The translations under genes and the position numbers were made by a program. 64,000 nucleotides of DNA. It comes from an uncultured Candidatus Saccharibacteria bacterium. GTDB taxonomy: Bacteria > Patescibacteriota > Minisyncoccia > Phycocordibacterales > UBA9973. The stretch spans positions 71,058 to 135,057 of the forward strand of contig CAZDGL010000001.1 in assembly GCA_964505155.1 (NCBI GenBank), written 5' to 3'. Every line of letters begins with the position of its first letter. The stretch's first letter is position 1. Positions 59,208 to 64,000 of this stretch are shown here, piece after piece. Below the pieces are notes generated by a model. The model searched no databases, was not told the origin of the DNA, and saw nothing but the letters and a program-made list of their open reading frames with translations.

Positions 59208-59555
59208 TTAAGTATCCATCCAGCTATCGTGATTACATTCAGGACACTTGGGGACTAACGTGATCTTATTGTGAATTTCGGCATCGAACGGATCCGCAGT
59301 CAACTGAGTGGTTGAGAAATCATGTTCCTTACAATAATAGGTCTTGATAGGATTTTCACCCTTGATGAACCGAGCAACATTTCCCGGTCCCACAATGTAC
59401 TGATCAGCATATGGTTGACCGAGTTTTGAATTCTCGACGTGAGAAAACGCTACAAACTTACCTTTTCCATCCATCTTCTGAATGTAGGTAGTCTCATTAC
59501 CGACAACATATCGGTAATCTTCACGGTTTACTGAGAGTCTACGATAGTGCGACAT
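59208..59555 (-). CDS. hypothetical protein (start MSHYRR)
   Basis: GGAGG RBS; C-terminal Cys/His motifs. Confidence 0.55.
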   Translation of the reverse strand: MSHYRRLSVNREDYRYVVGNETTYIQKMDGKGKFVAFSHVENSKLGQPYADQYIVGPGNVARFIKGENPIKTYYCKEHDFSTTQLTADPFDAEIHNKITLVPKCPECNHDSWMDT

Positions 59556-60021
59556 AAGTATCCTCCGGAATCCAATCAATGACGGAATCAAACCCTTCGT
59601 CCGTAGTCGGACGCTCATAGGTCGATTGCATGTTGTAGACAACGTCCATCGGAACCTTCTTATCCCGAAGCTTCATCCGACGTTCAATCTCCCAGATAGG
59701 AGTCTCAAACACGATAGCAACCTTGGTCCAGTCCTTCGGAATTGCAGCGAGCTTGCGCTTCCGAGACTTCACAGTCAAGTTGGTCTGATCCCAATAGAAG
59801 GAGGTTCCGTTTCGGACGCATTCCTGCACCTTCTCGTTCATCACCTTGGTTGCCCAATCAATGCAATCCTTGAAGCAATCATTGTAATTGGAATCATGCG
59901 AACGAGCGTATTCCTCGATGGTGGAGTCCGTGTCGACTACCACCTTGTTGGGAATCTTGGAAAGAAAGGTGGATTTCCCTGAGCAAGGGAGACCCACCAA
60001 CATGAAAAGCGTCTTGTTCAT
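59539..60021 (-). CDS. AAA_33 P-loop kinase (polynucleotide 5'-kinase-like)
   Basis: MLVGLPCSGKST, WDQTNL...R, P...EGFD. Confidence 0.85.
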   Translation of the reverse strand: MNKTLFMLVGLPCSGKSTFLSKIPNKVVVDTDSTIEEYARSHDSNYNDCFKDCIDWATKVMNEKVQECVRNGTSFYWDQTNLTVKSRKRKLAAIPKDWTKVAIVFETPIWEIERRMKLRDKKVPMDVVYNMQSTYERPTTDEGFDSVIDWIPEDTYVALS

Positions 60022-60250
60022 ACTTTTTAATCTACCTCACATAATTATTAAAGTCAAGATGGACTCTTATAATTAACAGGAAAACACAAAATATTATCTT
60101 CAGTTGGTGATCTCCACCATTCAGAAGAATGCAATAGTATAGCTTCTTTAGTTGCTACACATTCTTCCATAGTATCAAACCTCATAAGAGAATCTCCTTT
60201 GGTATATCCACCACCATATACCATCCACAATATGAAAAAAGTTTTCAGCA

Positions 60251-60853
60251 TTATTCTGCATCCTCTATGTTATGATATTCCCACCGCAAGTTACCCCAGA
60301 GGACTCGGTTCTCCTCAATCTTGCGATTGGAATTTACCGACTTCTTGAGTCGCTCGATTACCAGTTCCCGAATGACATTCTCGTCCACGTCTTTGTCCCA
60401 CAATGCGAACATGAAGGATCGAACCATATCAGAAGTCCCATCGGTTGCGGTATAAATCGCAAAATCCTTCTTAGTAGCAAACCGGCATTTGAAGTTCCAG
60501 AATTTGGAAGAAATCTGGTTCTTGAAATCCGTGACGTGCATCCAGAATTTAGTCGTGAACCTACGAAGCTTATCCGCGTCCTCCTTGTAGAGGATAGGGA
60601 GAAGGTCGTCAATACCCTGATTGATGATGCATTCGAGCACCGCTTTCTCCGAGGTAATCATGCTCTTGGCTTTGTGGATTGCACAGTATGCATCCGTCTT
60701 GACCTTGAGCATGTGACCGTCATCAAATCGGATAACCCAACCTTCACCTTCCTGCTGAGTACGAGCAAGCTCCATGATGTTCTCGACCGTACCCTCATAA
60801 GCTCGCACGACTGGAATATTAAATTTTTTTCCAATATCCATCAGATTCATCAT
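60251..60853 (-). CDS. rnlA: RNA ligase 1 (Rnl1), C-terminal fragment
   Basis: EGWVIRFDDGHMLKVKT..Y...H (motifs IV/V); start uncertain (60850/60853/60877). Confidence 0.8.
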   Translation of the reverse strand: MMNLMDIGKKFNIPVVRAYEGTVENIMELARTQQEGEGWVIRFDDGHMLKVKTDAYCAIHKAKSMITSEKAVLECIINQGIDDLLPILYKEDADKLRRFTTKFWMHVTDFKNQISSKFWNFKCRFATKKDFAIYTATDGTSDMVRSFMFALWDKDVDENVIRELVIERLKKSVNSNRKIEENRVLWGNLRWEYHNIEDAE

Positions 60854-60892
60854 AAATAACCTTTGAGTGGTGTTCATTTTTAGGAGAAAATT

Positions 60893-61492
60893 TTGTATTA
60901 TGTTTATTTTTATATAGACCCCCAAACAAATTTACCTTTTTACATTGGCAAAGGTTCAGGATATCGATTATATGATCATATCAAAAATCATACATCATCT
61001 TCTAAGAGAGTGCAAGATAAAATTTCAAATCTTCGTTCCAAAAATTTGGATCCATTGATTGAAATTTATAAAGATGAATTAACCGAAGATGAAGCTTACG
61101 ACCTCGAAAAAACATTGATTTCTAAGTATGGAAGAAAGGGATATGATCAGAATGGAATATTAATGAATATATGTGAAGATTATAGACCACCTAAAAGAGG
61201 CAAATGGACTGAGGAATCGAAAAAGAAACAATCACTTTCGATGAAAGGTAAAAATAAAGGTAAAGTGCCATGGAATAAAGGAAAGTCTCATAAGAGAGGT
61301 GCACAAACTCCACAACAAACTATACTAATAATGAAAACTAGACTTAAAAAATTAATGGGTATTATTTTAAGTCATTACGATGAAGTTACAGAATTCACTA
61401 TATCCGAATCAAAACGTCTAAAAATAATACCCAAAACCTCACCAATTTCAATGAAAGTTATCTCTCAGTATACGGGAGATATTCTCCCGTAA
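60893..61492 (+). CDS. GIY-YIG (LEM-3-like) homing endonuclease inserted antisense in rnlA
   Basis: YYVYFYIDP....PFYIGKG...R; TAAATA and AGGAG upstream; PWNKG. Confidence 0.87.
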   Translation: MYYVYFYIDPQTNLPFYIGKGSGYRLYDHIKNHTSSSKRVQDKISNLRSKNLDPLIEIYKDELTEDEAYDLEKTLISKYGRKGYDQNGILMNICEDYRPPKRGKWTEESKKKQSLSMKGKNKGKVPWNKGKSHKRGAQTPQQTILIMKTRLKKLMGIILSHYDEVTEFTISESKRLKIIPKTSPISMKVISQYTGDILP

Positions 61493-62066
61493 AAGTATTT
61501 CTTATTGCTGTCAAAATAAGATCGTGCTCTGAATAATTTACAACAATTCTATTAGATGGTCCTATCCATTCAAATATAGGAGTTAAATTATTCTCAAAAC
61601 ACCACTGAGCTAATTCAGTATATTGTGGTCTGGTGGAAACAAAATCCTCAACCATATCGGAAAATCCGTCAGTGACACCCATTTTGGTACCCCAACGAAT
61701 CTTCTGTTCATAGGCATTCCAAAGTGGAGTCACCATGGATCCATCAAGCTTTTCCAGAATGACGTGGTGCTGAGTGAAATCGATGTTCTCGATCTTCGTC
61801 TCTTCACGTTCGTTCAGGTTGAAAAACTTGTGGAGTCGACGTGCGAGAGGCTTACCCTCGTTATCGAATACAATCCCTCGGCATTCCCGAAGGATTGCTT
61901 CCATAGAATCACCGCGAGCATCAAGGAAGGTCTTGTCAGTCGCGAATGAATAGTTCGCTACCTGATACCAATCCCTGTCCGCGATAAAAAATTCGGTTCG
62001 TTCAGACTTATCAATAGCTGAACGAACCGTCTCAATGTTCATGATATAAGGGAACTTGTAGTTCAC
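61458..62066 (-). CDS. rnlA: RNA ligase 1 (Rnl1), N-terminal fragment
   Basis: RECRGIVF, KFFNLNE, EKLDGSM, TPIFEW.GP.NRIV, LTAIR...TGEY. Confidence 0.88.
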   Translation of the reverse strand: MNYKFPYIMNIETVRSAIDKSERTEFFIADRDWYQVANYSFATDKTFLDARGDSMEAILRECRGIVFDNEGKPLARRLHKFFNLNEREETKIENIDFTQHHVILEKLDGSMVTPLWNAYEQKIRWGTKMGVTDGFSDMVEDFVSTRPQYTELAQWCFENNLTPIFEWIGPSNRIVVNYSEHDLILTAIRNTFTGEYLPYTER

Positions 62067-62070
62067 TGTC

Positions 62071-62652
62071 TTATTCTCCGAACTTTTCCTTGAGCTTCAG
62101 ATAAGTCTGATATTCGGGATCCGATTTCTTCTGGTATTCATTCAAATAAGGGATCCAGTGCTTAGGAATCGTACCAGTAATTCCTGCAGTCCACGCTGCA
62201 ATTTCGGCTTCCAGTGCACCTGCACCATAGTCAGTCTGAGAACCAGAATGACCAGCGTCAGAACGGAGCGTCTTAGCTTTCTCACTAAGAAACTCAACCA
62301 GTCCCAAATGGTCATTAGACCAAGCTTCGATCTTGTTATTCACTGTGGTCTCCTGTGGTTTAGTTTCAACCACAGTCTTACTCGACTCTTTGGTTTTTGT
62401 CAACCCCTGCTCATTCCGATATTTGTAGGGATCAATGAAATAACATTCTCCGGTATGTTCATCAAACCCTTCCACACTCAGAGCTTGGAAGTAATAATCA
62501 GGAGCAAATCCATTCACTCGATCCGGAAGACTGTCATTGGTTCGGAAATAAGCATCAACGGCTTCCTGAGCGGTTTTATAGTGATAAGTCTCGTGCTTCT
62601 GACCCCATCCGCGTACGGATTCTACAAAATTAATTCTGAAGTTGTTTGGCAT
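62071..62652 (-). CDS. hypothetical protein
   Basis: ESVRGWGQK motif; operon packing. Confidence 0.65.
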   Translation of the reverse strand: MPNNFRINFVESVRGWGQKHETYHYKTAQEAVDAYFRTNDSLPDRVNGFAPDYYFQALSVEGFDEHTGECYFIDPYKYRNEQGLTKTKESSKTVVETKPQETTVNNKIEAWSNDHLGLVEFLSEKAKTLRSDAGHSGSQTDYGAGALEAEIAAWTAGITGTIPKHWIPYLNEYQKKSDPEYQTYLKLKEKFGE

Positions 62653-63082
62653 TTTCGATCTCCTCTTTGATTAGGTCTACGATATAACCATGAAACAAAT
62701 CAAAAGTAAAGTCCCCTAGCTTCTCTCGGAGGAAAAAAGCTCTGGTTTGCATCCGATCATATCGAAGAGCCAAATCAAAACCATTCTGGAGGTGTTCTTC
62801 CTGAGCCGAATTCTCGGACTTCAGACGAAGAACCTCATCTCTGAGATCGTCGTTCTCTTTTTCAAGCTCATCAGATATCGATTGATATTCTTTGATATCG
62901 TATTCGAGAGTTTTATACTTCTGTCGAATCTCGGCATTTTCCTTCACAAGGTCTTTATTGGAAACAACCTTCTGTAATTCCCATGCAGCGTCCGAAGCTA
63001 GCTGTTGGACAGGGAGCATTGATGCCCACACATCCTCATCCCGAATATTTCGGAGCTTCTCAATTAGTAGATTTATGTCCAT
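62630..63082 (-). CDS. hypothetical coiled-coil protein
   Basis: operon packing. Confidence 0.6.
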   Translation of the reverse strand: MDINLLIEKLRNIRDEDVWASMLPVQQLASDAAWELQKVVSNKDLVKENAEIRQKYKTLEYDIKEYQSISDELEKENDDLRDEVLRLKSENSAQEEHLQNGFDLALRYDRMQTRAFFLREKLGDFTFDLFHGYIVDLIKEEIENAKQLQN

Positions 63083-63207
63083 TTTTCTGCAACTCCAATT
63101 CGATGTCTATCTCTTCTTTCAAAATTCGACGAAATTCTTCATCTACGTCAATTCCCATAGATTTCATTTTTGATCGAAGTTGATTAATGGTATAGTGTTT
63201 CTTCAAA

Positions 63208-63402
63208 TCATCGAAGTCCATTGTCTCTAATCCATTCCAAAGCTTCAGTACATGATACAACTAGTTTGAAAAACTCATCAGGAAGAAGCTGATATCGTAG
63301 ATCTTTCTCAATACCACCTTTTTCGTTATACCATTCCATGACGAGAGTCCCTCGGAAACCACTTTCGTCCTTCCAAGGGATAATTCTCATTGTTCGCATC
63401 AA
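63208..63402 (-). CDS. hypothetical protein
   Basis: operon packing. Confidence 0.5.
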   Translation of the reverse strand: MMRTMRIIPWKDESGFRGTLVMEWYNEKGGIEKDLRYQLLPDEFFKLVVSCTEALEWIRDNGLR

Positions 63403-63926
63403 AAATTCCCTTCACGAACCTGTAGACATCGAACACCATTCTTTCGGTACATTTCTACCACCTGAGTCCGGTCTTCAAATGCCATGAAGATATCAAATTC
63501 CTCCTGAAGCTTCTTCAGGATTTCTTCCTTAACAATAAAGTCCTGTCGATGATCCTTTTCAGGACGCATCAGCAACCGATGTGGAACCACCTCATTTTCA
63601 ATGAGCCAGTCCATCGTCTTATCCCGATATGCAGGAGTACCTTCTCGTCCGGTCACAATGATATTAATGAACCCAGACGAATCAAACAGCATGAATAGTC
63701 CGCACATATCGTCGTAGGCTTCGTCCTTATCGGACTCGGCATAGAAGGCTTTCCAGTTTTTTGGCTTATTTCGTACGTGGTGGACTCGGTGCTCGATGTT
63801 CGCAAGAGTTCCGTCTAAATCAAAAATGCACGCAAGTGGCTTCACATAATCCAGAACATTGAACGAAGACATTACGGATCTGGTATCAACAGCAAAATCA
63901 GTATCAAGCATCATTATTCCTCTCAC
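63399..63926 (-). CDS. HAD 3'-phosphatase (PseT/PNK phosphatase-like domain)
   Basis: FDLDGTLA, VTGR, LLMRP..D.R.D..VK, FEDR.QVV.M. Confidence 0.88.
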   Translation of the reverse strand: MRGIMMLDTDFAVDTRSVMSSFNVLDYVKPLACIFDLDGTLANIEHRVHHVRNKPKNWKAFYAESDKDEAYDDMCGLFMLFDSSGFINIIVTGREGTPAYRDKTMDWLIENEVVPHRLLMRPEKDHRQDFIVKEEILKKLQEEFDIFMAFEDRTQVVEMYRKNGVRCLQVREGNF

Positions 63927-64000
63927 ATTTACATCATATCAAATTAGCACAGTTAATCCAAGTTGTCAATCAAATTTGACCGATAACGGTAGAACCATAC

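Noticed and set aside
60850-61500. Group I intron in rnlA
   Set aside because: The gap is fully occupied by an antisense endonuclease ORF; no P/Q/R/S core seen

Overview
64-kb segment of a large T4-like myophage genome. The permuted two-piece tmRNA and its tag point to an alphaproteobacterial host (inference). 1-35 kb: neck, lysis, tail-fibre and baseplate genes (gp13, GH19 endolysin, VrlC-like, gp8/7/6/25, tape-measure-like muralytic protein, gp51/26, gp2, gp4, gp48, gp53, split gp5, PAAR), with opposite-strand early-gene islands between them. 35-38 kb: gp32, gp59, gp33 and spanins. 38-51 kb: about 24 tRNA or tRNA-like genes, an array of unassigned structured RNAs and a tmRNA. 51-64 kb: early genes and an RNA-repair set (DRB0094/Rnl2-like ligase, split Rnl1, separate PNK kinase and phosphatase). 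About 12 homing-endonuclease genes or remnants are scattered throughout. Top candidate for a new system: a sigma70 promoter, a 14-codon leader (MFIRKLYRFEEDKP) and a 1:2/2:3/3:4 attenuator directly upstream of the tRNA block, with leader codons matching the downstream tRNAs. It could switch on the phage tRNAs when host tRNAs are depleted. Other highlights: a tRNA with a 29-nt anticodon insertion, tRNAs with swapped variable-arm classes, a -1 frameshift joining gp26 to gp51, and an RNA ligase split by an endonuclease gene. All calls come from reading the sequence; no database searches were run.
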